DNA from: Diadema antillarum
Lineage: Eukaryota
NCBI RefSeq assembly: GCF_040938485.1
Contig: NW_027270896.1
Span: 1,240,001 to 1,304,000, forward strand
Direction of reading: 5' to 3'
Length of the DNA: 64,000 nucleotides
Part shown: in pieces, positions 39,379 through 54,400 of the stretch
Position numbering within the stretch: the stretch's first letter is position 1
How the letters are laid out: each line of letters begins with the position of its first letter
The notes under the pieces: generated by a model
Databases searched by the model: none
Told to the model about the DNA's origin: nothing
What the model saw: the letters and a program-made list of their open reading frames with translations, nothing else
Translations under genes and position numbers: made by a program

Positions 39379-39477
39379 TATATTTAAAAAAAATCATTTG
39401 CACACATTCAAATGTGTGGAACTGCTGGTCATCAGTATCATCCATCTGGTCCACTGATGTGGTCAGTCCTTTTGTGC

Positions 39478-42400
39478 TTAATATCCGGCAGCTTTGGCCT
39501 TGTTGATGCCGTCCTTCAGGAATTTGGCATAGTTTGTCACCAGTGGGTCTGTAAATGTGCTGTGAAAAGACAAGGACAGCGTACATCCAATGAACTCATG
39601 ACTTCAGCTACAAACTCACAATATTTCTAGATTGTTCTGCTCAACTCTTCAATGTGCAGCTGCATGTACAACTCACAAGGCTTATTCATTGTCTGGGTAG
39701 CAAAAACAGACACTATATCGGAACAGTTTGGTTGATGAAAATGGCTTATCAGACCATGTCACTGTTGGAACTTTACTTTCCCAGATGCCATAAAGCATTG
39801 GCAAGGAAATCTAGCAAGCCTATTCACTTTAATACTAAACAATTCAAATTAACTTCACTTTTAACATTGAGTGAAAAAGAACAAATTAACCAACCTAAGA
39901 AACCCACAGCTTGTGGAGACACCAAACTGCTGACATTATAATCTATAGAATATAAAGCTAAGTATATACATGCTCATTTCAGTCTGACAAGTAACAAAAT
40001 TGATATGGCAGAAAATGAAGGGCAACTCAAAAACAATGCTTGTAAAATATTGATGAATACAAAACAAACATTAGAAAATGACTACATCTTAACTGGTCCA
40101 CTTCAACCCTTCTCATAGACCCTCTGTAAAGTCTGCATTTGCTTGTTTTCATATTCAAATCAATTTCACCCACTCATGTCTACCAATTAGCAACATAACA
40201 TACACGCATGCAATAATGTCAGCATTCTCCACCGCGTATTCCCTTTCACTATTAAAAGAATTTCAAAATCTCTGTAAAACAACTTTTTTTTTCTTAACTG
40301 TTACCATATCAAAATTCTCACAACTGCAAGCTTGTAAGATCATATCAAAGGCTGATAGTAATCATAACAGATTTCCCTCCACATCACTTAATACACTTTT
40401 GGGAAAGAATTAGAAAATACATGAGATCAAAGTACAGGTACCTCATGTCACACAGCAACTTGCTTACCACTTCATAATTAATCAACTCATCAAAGGTAAA
40501 AAGAGGAAAAAAATAATTTGCAATATATATGAGTAACAGAATTGTGTTCAGTTGCTAAAATAAAATAGAAATCAGTATGTTAAAAGCAACCTTACACTTT
40601 CAACCTCCCCCCCTCCCTGAATCTGGGGTTCTGCCACTATGCAAATGCCTCCTGGCCAGCCCTGCTTCAGATGCATTATGAGATGGCTCGGTAGCAAATT
40701 TAGATCCAGTCTGGGCTGCATCTCGCTTTCCAGAAAAGCGTAGCAAGAACATTCATAAATGTGTGCAGGAGGAGTACAGGAAGAAGCAGCATGTGTGGCA
40801 GAGCTTGCCAATCAACTAAACCAGGTCATATCTTTTATCCAGGAGTATTTTTGGAAGACTTCTTTGTTTCTCATTATCGCGTGACCAGCACATTGCAGCA
40901 TCACAGTGATGACCCATGACTTTAATGGGTCACAAATCAGTCTAATTCAGAACATGTAAACTCTTTCTATGCCAAATTCAAACTGAGGTAAAGAGCAGTC
41001 ATGAATGAAATGTATACATTGATTGCATGGCATCGTACGTAGATGAAGACGCGAGCTAGTCAAACTGAAGTGACAGTGCTTCTGAGCTGTCTCGCAGTGC
41101 ATCTGTGACAGGGCTCTACAACAGTACCTTGAATTCCTATACACATAAATACACAAAAAGTAAATAAATTATGGCAATATTTTTGCTAATTAAATTCCTC
41201 TGACTGAGGTGCACCGTAAGCAATTTAAGCCAACAATAGTTCAGATTTTTTTGCAAGTTTAATAAGATGGGGTGCAAAAAAAGGGAGGGAGAAAAACATG
41301 TACCCAAGAAGAAGCATGGACACTTACTCCATGATGCCTGCATTATCTGTGTTGCTGGCATCCAGAAGATCATTGGCATTGATGTCGTGGACAACGGTGC
41401 CATTTGGAAGCAAGACCAGCATTACCACAGGGAAGCTGTTACATAACAAACAAACACACAAACATACAACCAATCAAACATGTGACTCTAATAATGTCCT
41501 ATGTCTGACAAGTGATGAGCATATACAGTACAGGTGCTCTATGCTGCTATTCTGCAGGTTTTTAAACTTGTCAGTCATGTGACAGCAATATAAGAGTGTC
41601 AAAAAAAAAAGAAAAGTTCTAAATCAGCACATATTTTGTTCTTTGTCAGAACTGGGTAAACACAAAGATTTAATTCTTAAAGTTCACCTTTTTCGAAAAC
41701 ACCATCCCTCAACCCTGTTCACACAAAGCTACCAGGTGGTATTATCTTCCCACACAGAAAATGTGGTGGCTGCCCTTTAAATGGAACAATGCATCAGCAG
41801 GAAAGTCGTTTTCCAAAAATGAAATTGAACCTTGATCAATAACAGGAGGCCATGGTCGTTTGTGTGCCTTAAGTACAGGAAAGGAATTAAAATTGGCTCA
41901 TCATAGTGGGCACCGTGTTTGTGTAATATATGTGACACATGGACTATGTACCTCACTTGTTTGGAGCCCGACATTTTCCTTAGTCAGCATCTCACAAAGA
42001 AATTTAAAAAAAGGACTGTTCTTCTGACTTCGGTGCCAATGAATGATGGACACTATAGTCTTTATACATTCTCTAGCATTTTATATGATGTACCATGTGC
42101 CTTAGTTCATATGTATCTAACCCACTGTTATAGCATCATAATGCAAACAGTTTTAATCAGCCCATTTCAAGACACTCTATTAGACCTGATAAAATATTAC
42201 CAAGTAGGATTAATCTCTGTGTAAGAAAATATTAAGAACTGAAATACCTTCAAGACCTGACTTTCAATTTGACAATGGCATAATCTCAGAAACCTCTCAA
42301 AGTGTTTGGGCCATACCCTGGTTGAGACATTGAATCACAGCTTGGATATTTTCACTTTCTGTGAGCCTCAAGGGCTGATGTCCCCTGTTTCCCTAAAGCA

Positions 42401-45400
42401 TGTGGGTTATAGTGTTAAGAATTCCAAGACTATCACAAGATCATCTTGCTTTATGTAGTGACACTGCACCCACCTGTACTTTTCTAATGACAATGTAGCG
42501 AGGCGTGCATACTGAGGATCATACTGATTTTCCTGGACGGCCTCCAGGTCAGCGACCAGGGACCAGCTGCTGACGAAGTGGTCGCCAAGCAGCTTGAGGA
42601 CGGGCGGACTTTCGAGAGATGTCTCCCGCAAAGTCCGCCCGGAACCTGGGCAAAATTGAAAGCACAAAGGATAGTTGCATTAGAATGAACAAGGAAAAAT
42701 TTGTTTGTTTCCTGGTGAATACATTACAGGTACTTATCATCACTTGCGCACTGCTGATATGTTTCTGATAAGGAAATAAACTCGGAAAGCAGATTAACAA
42801 TCAAGGCTCCACATTGATTCAGCAGGAAACACTCATGGGTTATTTCTGTTGGAGTCATTCTGCTAACTACAGATCACAGATCTAGAACCTAAAACCTTGC
42901 TGAATTCCACAATATTGAAAATAGTGTCCAGTACACTACTTTGTAAATATGTGGTCCCGACCACTTCTCGACTTTTGAAAAACAAACATGAAATCAAGGT
43001 GGCCACTGCAGTACTGGGCAGTTTACAGGTGGACAGTGCATTGGGCAACTGAAATGCAACACAAGTCCAGATACTTTGGGAATATAAGATGTCCAACAAG
43101 AGCATAATCAAGGTTTTATGATTTAAAAGCTGAATGAATTAGCATCTGCACTTGCAACATCTCAAAATGACAACTCAAATATCTTATTAGCCCTGTATTT
43201 TCATGCTGTGTGAGTTTTCTTTACAATCGACTTTTGATGAAAGTTTTTGAGCTTGCAGCTGCATGTTTACATTCAAAAAGATAAATACCCAATCTTTCAC
43301 ACATTTTTCTGTGAGAAATTAGATGGAAAATAATCTACAGTCATATCCCAACTGCATATGGTGCATGTTGATTTGGCTGTTGACTAGAACAACAGACATC
43401 ATTTGACTTAATCCCATGATACATGGGATGTTGTCAAAACTTTGGAGATATCTATGCCAGTGTGATCAATCTATCAACCGTAACCAATGGACGCTCCTGT
43501 ACAAGAGACTCTCATCTCTCCCTCTCCCTCACCTCAGCAGGACTGGTCATCTAGTGAGCCCCAGAGCATGATGTGATGTACTAGCCTGTTGCTGGACTGA
43601 GCCTTCTTGAAAGCTTGGTCAAGCGGCAGGTATTCAATCTGCAGAGACAGGAAGACAGGAAATGAGCAAACAGCAGCCAAGTACAGAAAAGACAACAACA
43701 GAACATCTCTTTATGGTCTTTATGTCAAATGACCACTACCTAAGTACTGTCAGTGAATGAGCAGCTTCGTAAAATCAATTGTAACATCCTGTCATCATAA
43801 CAAAGTCTGATGTTTCAGAAGCAACCTCCCCCCCCCAAAAAAAAAAAAAAAAATACTGTAAAAGTACATTGATTTCATTAACTGGACAAGCCATTTTCCA
43901 GTGGGCCAGTATGACCCCCTTAATATAATGAAGGGATAAAATTGGTAATCAAATGAAGCCCAAAGGACAGACATGGCTCTGAGAAGAATGACACCCACTT
44001 TTTAATAGCACAAATATATATGCAGGCAAAATTTTGATACACTCACTCACCAGTGCATGCCGTACTCTTCTTTAGTGTGTGCCTTTGTGATATGTGAGCC
44101 TATATTGTGGCTACCTTTTGTGTATTTACAAACCCTGCTGGATGTTTTCAAGAATCGATGACCTTTTTGGGTCAGCCACTGTATATCAATGCACTGATAC
44201 ATGCATGCTGTTCACTTTGGAACTTTGGGAATGTTTGGCACAAGCCCAACTTGCACCTGGTGACACAAAGACCACAAACCTTTAACCTACAATCGTACCT
44301 GACTCATGGACAAAGTGAATCTTATAGTCAAATGCTGTGATGCTGTGATGCTGTGATGCAATATCTTCAGCAAATAATTTGCATAGGGCCCCATTTTCTC
44401 TCTCTCTTCTTTCTTTCTTTAAATCAACAACAATATCTTCATGCACGATCTTCACTGCCTGGGCCCCGTTTCAAAAAACTTGCGATCAGTGACAACTTTT
44501 ACATTTCTATGACAACTTTGCTCTTAGCCAATCAGATGCAAGCATTTCAGTAGCTTGTAACAACTATCACAACTTGTCACTGGTAACAAGTTTTATGAAA
44601 CGGGGCCCAGATATCACTAGCAACAATATGTGGTATTTACTGTGATATTCAGCAAGAGAGAAGGCATCACGTTGTGATAGAGATAATAAGAAAATCACTT
44701 CAGAATGAAAGCAGAAAATCATGTTGCAACTAAAAAAAATATTGAGAACAAGACTTATCATACATTTGGATAATAATCTCTTTAACTTTACTTAACTGTG
44801 ACATCTGTAAAAGCTCATTGCATAATCTATCACAAAAATTTCCTTCTTCACATTTTATTGGCACACAAAAATCTCCTTCTTCACATTTTATTGGCACACC
44901 TGTGGGTATGCTGCCCTTTCACTTGCATATATTTTCACACTGCACTTCCCCTGCAGTACTGCATGCCAACATATACCATTTAGTGACACATATCCCTGTA
45001 TACTTCACTCAGCATTCTGCTATTTCTCACATCCAGTTTATTAATAGTGCAATGGGTGTGCTATACATGTACATGCATAATAACACCATGTTGGTGTCAA
45101 AATTAAGCACAGTTCACACACTGTTACAGAACTGCTATGTTCCAAAACAATGGGCCCATAACATAAACAACTCTGCAAACTGCAGTTACCACAGCAGTGT
45201 ACTGTAACTAAAGCGAATGGATTGTTGTTCATCCAAGGACATCATCTGGGCCCATTACAGAAAAGATTCAGCAAATTGAAGTTACCAAGGCGATCACTTA
45301 AGTGCTAAAGGCTAATTGGTAGTTTCCTGGTTCCTGAAAGTGACTGCAATTATTACACCATATGATGATTGCATGCCTGCTGTGACATCAGCAAGGAAAC

Positions 45401-48400
45401 AGCAAATCAGTTGCTGCCACAGTAACTGCAATAAATTGTGATTTACAACTGCAAACATCTCGATGAAGAGGGCCCCTCATTCCTCTCCTGCCCCCTCATC
45501 GTTTAGGCATGTTATGGTGCATGAAGGTAGACCTATCTTTCGTGCCCCAACACCTCTGACAGAAGATGCTTCTATGACAGAAGCAGATGTGACATAAATA
45601 CCCATCCTATATCTACATGTTCCTGGCTGATGCTGTCTGAAAAGAAAGATGATTATAAAGCCATGCTTCTAGCACACTGATTTAGGCATTATTTACACTA
45701 CATTAACAACTATCTTCTGATGACTTATGAACTTTGGTTTGGCACCTATAGGTAGCCTGTAGATCACAACTTCCAATCACATACAGCTGTACTATTAATT
45801 TGTCAAAGGTATGTGATCTGATTGTATAAGTAAAAATAGATTTTGAGAAATGTTGCTAACTCTGTGTGTTTAAGTAATCGGTATGACCAAATGTTTCTAT
45901 TTTAGCATGGTGAGAAGGATTATTTTTTGTTTGTTTCTACGACGAACTAAACTCAGATGTTTGCAATAGCTACTTTCTTTACAAATAATAATGCAACAAG
46001 CATGAAACAAAATGACTGCTCGAGTGTGGTTGTACACTGTAACATTTCTTTACTCTACAATGCAATCAGCACGACGGAAGGAAGTTACTAAACAACTCAT
46101 GATTTAATACCAGGAAGTCAAAACTCAGTCATGTGAAGTATCTCCTGACGTATTTCTTTTTAAATAGAAACATACCTCTCCCTTTCCATCACATCCATAC
46201 TGGTAGGGCAGATATGTAACAAAAATTGGTCGAAATGCTCACATCCGGCGGAAAGTATGAAATTTTGCATATAGGGGTATTTTGGGGCGCTGATTTCAAA
46301 TATTGCCGGATCCAAGAGATCTGACCACGGGGTCGGCCGCCATTTTGAATTCCAATATGGCCGCCATCACAAAACAAATTCAAAGATCCCTATCTTCAGT
46401 TCTGAATGACCTGTGGCACCAAAATTTGGTACACATGAGCGTTTTGACACATTGAATTTGATGACAGATTGATTCGGAGTGTCTGACAAACATCGAATGG
46501 CCGCCATTTTGAATTCCAATATGGCCGCCTCGACGAAATATTCAAAATCCCTATATCGATTTCTAAGTGGTGAGTGACCCTGAAATTAGGTGTAAACAAG
46601 TATTTTAACATACTGAGTTAAAATATTAACTGATGTGATGTGTCTGACAAACGCAATGCCTGCTATTTTGAATTCCAATGTGGCTACGAAGACAAACATC
46701 ACGACGAACATTCACGGGCATGTCAAAAAGTGCAGCAAAAAGGAAGCATAATGCACCTTTCACTGACGTCACAATATAAATACATCAGCGCGCACTCTAT
46801 CAGTTACAAACGCGCGCTCAATCAGGTAGCCTATTTTACAAACCCGAGATAGAGATTTTCAACACTCCAACATGGCAAATATGTATAAAAATTAAAATTG
46901 GCTGCCGTGCAGCTTGTCAGACATATCAAATAAGTCTGTTATTGAAGTCATCATATCACCATGCTCTTATATATCAAATTCCAATGGCTAATGTCATTCA
47001 GAACTGAAGATAGGGATCTTTGACGGCGGCCATATTGGAATTCAAAATGGTGGCCGAATCCGTGGTCAGATCTCTTGGATCCGGCAATTTTTGAAATCAG
47101 CGCCTCAAAATACCCCTAGATGCAAAATTTCATACTTTCCGCCGGATGTGAGCATCTTTTTCACATGTCTGCCCCACTATACAGATCTATCAATCAATTA
47201 CAAAGATTTTCAAAGTAACATACTGATACAGAAATTCCTCCCCACCTTTTTGAAAGGGTACATCTCCACTTCTAGCAACCCGAGGGCCTCCTCCATGCCT
47301 ATCTCCTGATCCCACGTTATGTCCTGCCTTCTTCCAAGCGGCTCGACAGGCGTGGAGGGCTGGAAGAGGATGTCCCCATTCTCGGCATAGATGATGACCT
47401 GGCTGGACGGCTTTGGGACGGTGAGCTCCATCTGGGGCATATAGCCGATGTCCACCTCCATGTGCTCCACCTCATTAGGACCATTCATCCACTCCATGTC
47501 TGCCAAAGTGATCAATATCATGATACACACAGACAAAAATGAAAGAACAAAATACAAAAAAACCTCACCATAACTACAAACAAATATGTGAGCTATGCAA
47601 GAGCATTTAATGTGTATTTCTAACATAAATTGATAAGTCACATGAAGATGGTGAACCTTCACTTCACCAAGTTAAGCTAACTCCGAGGATAGGCTCTTGT
47701 ATTAAACCTTGATTTCTACACACATCCACACGACAAAGCTTATAATCAAAGGTAGCTTATCATCGTTGATAAGCTCCTGCTCAAGATGTATTTTCTCCCG
47801 CTTGAAATTTAAGTTTCTCCAGGTCAACTTCAGTTTTGTCATGTATATCCAAAATAAGGCTTGATAGCACCAGAGAGCATCAATAAACCGAGAGCTTCCA
47901 GGGTCCTAAAGCCAGTCCTGGATCCCGACCACTAGGGGACCTTGAACCTTGAGCTTGTGATGTGTGCCATATACGTACATAATATGATGCATTTTTTTTT
48001 TGTGTGTGTGTAAGCAGAGTCTCCAGTCTGCTAGGGGTCCGGTCAGGAAAATCTGCTCTTTAAGAGATGCCTGGGGTCAGTCTTTGATGAGACCAAAGTG
48101 TAAAGACCTCTTCACATGAAACCAATCAAATGTGTATTACTGATACTACTTTGTGAAGAATATGACTGAGGCAAGCACATGAAAAAGAAGGTAAGAAAGA
48201 AGAAACAGAAGTAAAACAGGGAGGCAAAGAAGAAAAAAGTATATATAAAAGGGGAATAAGACACGAAGGAGAGACAGGGTGAGAAGGTAGAGAAGATGAA
48301 GAAGAAAAGGAAGAATAACAATACGTCTGCTGGCTCCACTCACCAACATTGAGACTCTTGTTGGCAGGCACGTACATGTGAAAGTGCTCAATGTGTGAAG

Positions 48401-51400
48401 CATCCTTTCTCATGACTATCTGACCGGTGAATTGAGCTGGGGTGAACCAGAATGGATGGTTAGGCGGTTCATTCAACTGGAACTCAGCATGAATTCTGTA
48501 TGCACACATTTGTGAGAAAAAAAGAAGAAGAACATAATGCATCAAATGGCTTATCACAGTCTGGATCTGCAGATGTATGCCAGTGAAGTGACAAATCACA
48601 ATGGAAAATTAGAATCGCATCACACAAATTTTGTCAATTATTTCTGTACACAGCTGGGGGTGCTGTAGCTCTGGAACTGAGGCCTTACCACTTCAAACTC
48701 ACTGACAATGAGTGACCACATGGGTCTTGTGTGCAAACAACAGCTTAAATTTCTGGATAATTCCATAGAAAGTAGCTAAATACGAGCAACTGCTGATCAA
48801 AGGAGAGATTGTTATGTAGTCAGTTTGATATATTTTTTTCTCTTACTTATTGGGCATCTTGCACCACGGAGCCCTGAACTTTAATTGATAATGACAGAAT
48901 GGCACAGTTAAAATTCTTTCATCATTCAAAAAAGTAACATATGCCAGAAAATATAGAAAATAAGAAAAAAAAACCACACAATACATTTTATATATATAAA
49001 CAAATTGTATACACCATATATTTAGCGAGTCTAGTTTTCTATGAATCAGGACTTCCCAACAATTCCAGAAGTTGTTAAATTCATGATGATAGAGTACAGT
49101 ATCACTGCACATCTTGTTCATGTGCTGTGTACTGCGAACCAACATGCACTTAATTATGTGGTCGCTTTCATGTCCGGCTCAGAGTTAATATTTTTGCATG
49201 TTCTAAAATTTGCAAATCGCACCAGACTCACAAAATTTACAATAATATATACCCCACAATAGTGCATACAGTATATAAAGTCGTTCTTACAGACCTGAAG
49301 ACAATGTCTACATAGTCTGCATTCTGAGCTCGAATGAGTGCCACGGTGCCCTGGGGGCCAAAGCGGGAATAGACAAAGGGCCTTGGGTGGAAGAGACTCA
49401 GCAAGCGGTGGATGAGAACTGCCTTGCCATTGACCCGCGGTGGATAGTAGCGGTTGCTGGACAGCTGGTTGGTGAACATGTTCAGCTTGGACTTGACGAC
49501 GAAGTAGGGCTTGCCGACTGCGAGGGGGCTGTCATCGGGGAGGAAAGAGCGGAAGGTGCTGCTGGGAAAGGCCGTCACTTTCTCCGTTGGCTCCTTCCAT
49601 CTGTCCAGAGTCGTCAGAGATGACCTGCTGCTCTGTGGGTCGAATATGATATATGCACAGATTTTTGAGTGAGTGAACAAAAGGATCATGGAAAAGTACA
49701 CACACCTCTGTCTATCTTTAACATCTGTCTGTTTGAAATTCTCTTGGGAGCTTAGCCTAAATCTTTGACCAGTCAAGTACAGGACTGTAAATCTACCCTG
49801 ACAAAATTGCAAGGTTAAATTTTCTATCCACACTTTTAATATAGGGAAACTATTCAGGTAATGTTATTTCAAGTAAACTAATGAGTACTTACCACAAGAT
49901 ATGATTTGCAGTGAAATGAGGAGAGCAACCAATTTACAGGAATCACAGTATGCACACTTTCAGTATACAATGTATCTAAGGCAAGGATTGACATTAGCAG
50001 TAGCTCAATGTAAGAAATTATGTTTTGGTGGCCCGACTGGGCCTTTAAAACACTATTTTCAGATTAATAAACCTTCTGATAAACAAAGCTCACATTATTT
50101 TTTGATTAAAAAACCTTCAAAATATTGAACAGCACCTGTTAGATATAATCATTTCATGCATATTTGGTGTCATGGAAAAGATGTTTATGCCTCACTTCAT
50201 TCTTTCATATGTTAGACTTAATGCACTTAGTCACAGTACACTAAATGGTATTTGAAGCCCGTTATCATACTTGCCAATTTTAACACACTTACAAAAGTTT
50301 TGTATCATTTTTTTTTCCTGCTTACTATTTGCAGCCCTTTATTATTCTTGCTAATTACCTTAATGTTTTAAGAGATGATTTTCTTTTTTCGGGCCACCAG
50401 ATTCATAATTAGGCCACCAAAAAATTGAATTTTGAAGACTTTGGTGGCCCAAAAGGGTCACAAAGAAGAAAAGGTTAGTGTAAAGCCCTGCCTACATGTA
50501 AGGTATGCAGTGTTATGTTTACAGAGGAATGTGCAACCCTCAAGTAGACAGGCAATCCTATACCAATTTACAGTATATTTCAGAACATCCTCTTTACAAT
50601 GGGAGTCTACTACAGGTGTTGCACATAGCTGTATACTCCTGCACACAAAACAATGGCTTGTCTGAGAGACATACCACTGCACATAATGGAATGTCTGAGA
50701 AACACCAACTTCACACTGCAGCAGGCTATGTTACATGCACATGAGCCCACACATTAGGGGTCCTGACCTGTGTGTCTACAGATTGATCAACACATACTGA
50801 ATTATTGAAGGTGTGGTCCTCAATGTCATTATACAAAACAAGCCAGTACCGAGTTGGCTCATGTGCCCATGGGTACAAATTACTTCTTCTTTTTTTCTCT
50901 CAGTTGGATAGTCACTTCACTCATTTTCAAAGACACATGATGCAATTCATATTAATTCAAACAAAGGATGAACCTGCGTAGACCAGGCGACCAGAATGGT
51001 CCATCAATTGATGGACCATTGATTATGGAGATTCTCTGCTGGCAAATATGAATGTCAGTGACGTGAGAAGACTCCAAAAAGTCCAAAATCCAGCGGCTTG
51101 CCTGGTGCTTGGTGTAAAGAGAAGATCCCCGAGTGCTCCTTCACTGAAGCAGTTACACTGGCTTCCCATCAAAGAGCGTATCGATTTCAAACTAGCCCTT
51201 CTTTGTCTATAAATGCATGATGAATACCGCTCCTCAATACCTACCCAACCTACTAACCACCCCTACAACCACCAGATATCATCTCCGGTCACAAAATGAT
51301 AAGACAGTCCTACAAATCCCACAAGCAAAAACCAAAGCTTTCGAACGTACATTTTCATATGCTGGATCTGTTGTCTGGAACACTCTACCAAAACAACTTT

Positions 51401-54400
51401 GCCTATGTGAGTCAGAAAAAATGTTTAGAAGGAAACTCAAGACTGAACTGTTTCAATTGTAATTATGTTGATCTTATACTTTGTGAATGTTGATTGTTGA
51501 TGTATGTACAGCGCTTTGATCAGGTCCTGTAAAAGCGCTCAATATAAAATAGTTATTATTATTATCAATTAACACTTGGGAAAGCATGCATCCATTTCAA
51601 TATTCTGCATTAAATGTACAATGTGTATGAGTCGACAATCTTTTTCTTTTGATATTGCCATTGAAGTCTGAAACATGACGTTATTCCTGGTTGGTACAAA
51701 TGAAACTTTTTTTGTTGTTGCTTTGATGCAAAGCGGAACCCTGAACTGGCTTAAATACAACACAGCTCCTGGGAGAGAGTCCCACAAATTCAAAGTAGCT
51801 GTGTTGATCATGTCCCAGCGTCTTTTGCATACTGAAAAAAATTGAAATTTTTGCACATTTTTAGCGCAACCGGAAGTGACGCAGTGAAGCGCACTGTGTG
51901 TGCCAGTTAGCGGGATATTTCTGTCCGTGTGAACGTTTGCAAGATGTCTCGAGTTTTGGATTGCAATAATTATCCAGCTATTTTGTGCGTGTGAATGCGG
52001 CTATTATGCAATGCAGGGATTCAAGTGATGTGTCGTGATAATCTAGAGAAGACAGCAGTCATTTTGAAATAACCATTGAAGGAGCTGTCTGACAGCACTC
52101 TTAATTTCATATATCTATGACTATTGCCAATGCTTAATATATGTTTCAACAGGATGAGTTATTCTGTGATCATACATTCTCTTTTTAATTGTTCTTACAT
52201 CCCTACCAACATCCCTTTACTCCCATCCCGTGTCATAATAAACTACACTGCTGGTATATATGCAGACATGATACGAACAAAAGATTTCAGGAAGAAGGTA
52301 CACAGAGAAGACATTTAGTTAGACCATTTCGCAGGATCTCCGGACACTGATAGGTACACTTCCTGACTATGACATGCAACTCTCACTTATGACACAGTTG
52401 ACACTGTAAAAGTATCATAGCTCCACTGCCATAAAAAGGATATGATGCTTTGAAAAAAAAAATGGATTTGGATTGAGAAGATTTCCTCTGAGAACAAAAT
52501 ATCCACTGATTCATGCAGGTTTTTGGACAAGTCATCATAATACACTTGTGAGTGTGGTCATTTGTAGCTGACATTAAAATTACTTAACAGTGCCATGAAC
52601 AGGCATGAATTGACAGAGATATTGTCCACAATATATCTTATGTTTGGAATTATCATGAAATCAATGCAGTGGCCATTGCAGTCATTTGTACTATGTATGT
52701 CAAATGTAATGCTGCACTGCAGATCCACTGTCAACATCTTCTTTGTTTGTTTTTTATGTGAATGTTGTGATTACATTCCTATTCATTTCAGACCTGTTGT
52801 ATCTGCTAGGAAATTTCTCTTTCACAACCACTGCGTGTGTTTTAGAGGGGGAGAGAGAGAGAAAAGAAGGAGAGAGCTCCAGTATCTCTAGGAAATTGCT
52901 TGGCTCACCCAGCTGTACCATGATGCTGCAGAATGTGGTAAACTTATGTGAATTCTGCAATCTCTTACAGGGAAAAAAAAAAAGGGGGGGGGGGACATGT
53001 CACTTGAAATCAGAGACAGACTGACAAAGAATTCCTGTTACCAGGGCACCATTTGAAAGTTGTCCGCACTGACAAGTTGTCCATTTTGCTTCAGAAATTA
53101 TCATTTCATCATTAAATTTGCACTGCTAAATTTGCACTGCATTTATCTTATAAAAGAGAAAAATATGTAGCCAATTAGAAACCAGTCAAAGGTAGAAAGT
53201 GAGAAGCTTTGGAAAGTTCTACATCAAAAGCACTAAAAAGTTTATAAAAACAGTACAGCATCAAACCACAGGTATGTACAGCCAAGGTGATGTCACAACT
53301 ACTCGACATTCACCCTATTCCCTCTCTTTTGACATCAATTCCCCCCTCCATCTCCCCTTGTCATACACCATGGGACATTCGACACATAATTTCAGCCCTG
53401 ACTCACTGAGTCTGTCAATTTTGTCAATTATGATGCACACATGATTGTAGGGGCCTACAAACTTGGTTTTACATCCAAGGCACTTGCTTGTTAATGTAAA
53501 TTGGGCACTAGCACAAGCTGCCCGCTTTAAACACTGTAAGGAAATTCCTCGAAACATTCTATTAAAATCATGCAGAGTTATGTCAGAGAGCTACATTTTC
53601 ATATTGTTCACATGAAACTGTACTACTACTCTACATGCAAATTCAATGCATGTATTATATTTCAATGAAGAGAATTTGTTTTGCAGAGAGAACGCAGACA
53701 TTTATCTTTTCTGTAAAGCGGAATGCCCAATGTGTGACCTAAGCCTGCGAGCTGGTGCAAGCTGTATGGGGCGCCAAGTGTGGCATGGCTTATTTCATTA
53801 CGAAATCAGTCATTCCATTACAAAACTAGAAATATCACTTAAGGTGATTAATACCCCCGCCCTGTGACGACAGTCTTACCCAAGGAATGACCTTTCCTTG
53901 ATCTTCTGCCATTTAAATGCCGTTACCATGGCAACGCAGCTTCCGACACGTCCGAAAAATATGTCTTGCACATCTTCCCACCAGGACTATTGTGTGTGCC
54001 ACATTTCATAAGCTTTTGTCAAAAACTGAGGAAGTAGTTCAATCCACAAGATCTTTCCTTGATCTTCCGCCATTAATATGTCGTTACCATGGCAACGCAG
54101 CTTCCGACACGTCCAAAAAAATATGTCTTGCACATCTTCCCACCAAGACCAATGTGTGCCACATTTCATGAGCTTCAGTCGAATACAGAGGAAGTAGTTC
54201 AATCCGCAAGATCTTTCCTTGATCTTCTGCCATTTATATGCCGTTACGATGGCAACGCAGCTTCCGACACGTCCGAAAAATATGTCTTGCACATCTTCCC
54301 ACCAAGATCAAGGTGTGTGCCACATTTCATAAGCTTTGGTCAAAAAACTGATTAAGTAGTTAAATCCGCAAAATCTTTCCTTGATCTTCTGCCATTAATA

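Noticed and set aside
40910-40932. TGACCCAT/ATGGGTCA hairpin with AAA loop as an intronic SECIS
   Set aside because: No RUGA/GA quartet at the correct spacing, and it lies in the last intron.
40947-41136. Alternative Cys/His-rich terminal exon for SELENON
   Set aside because: Phase fits but there is no homology to the SELENON C-terminus, whereas 39478-39559 ([17 protein letters not shown]) matches. It would also lack the SECIS.
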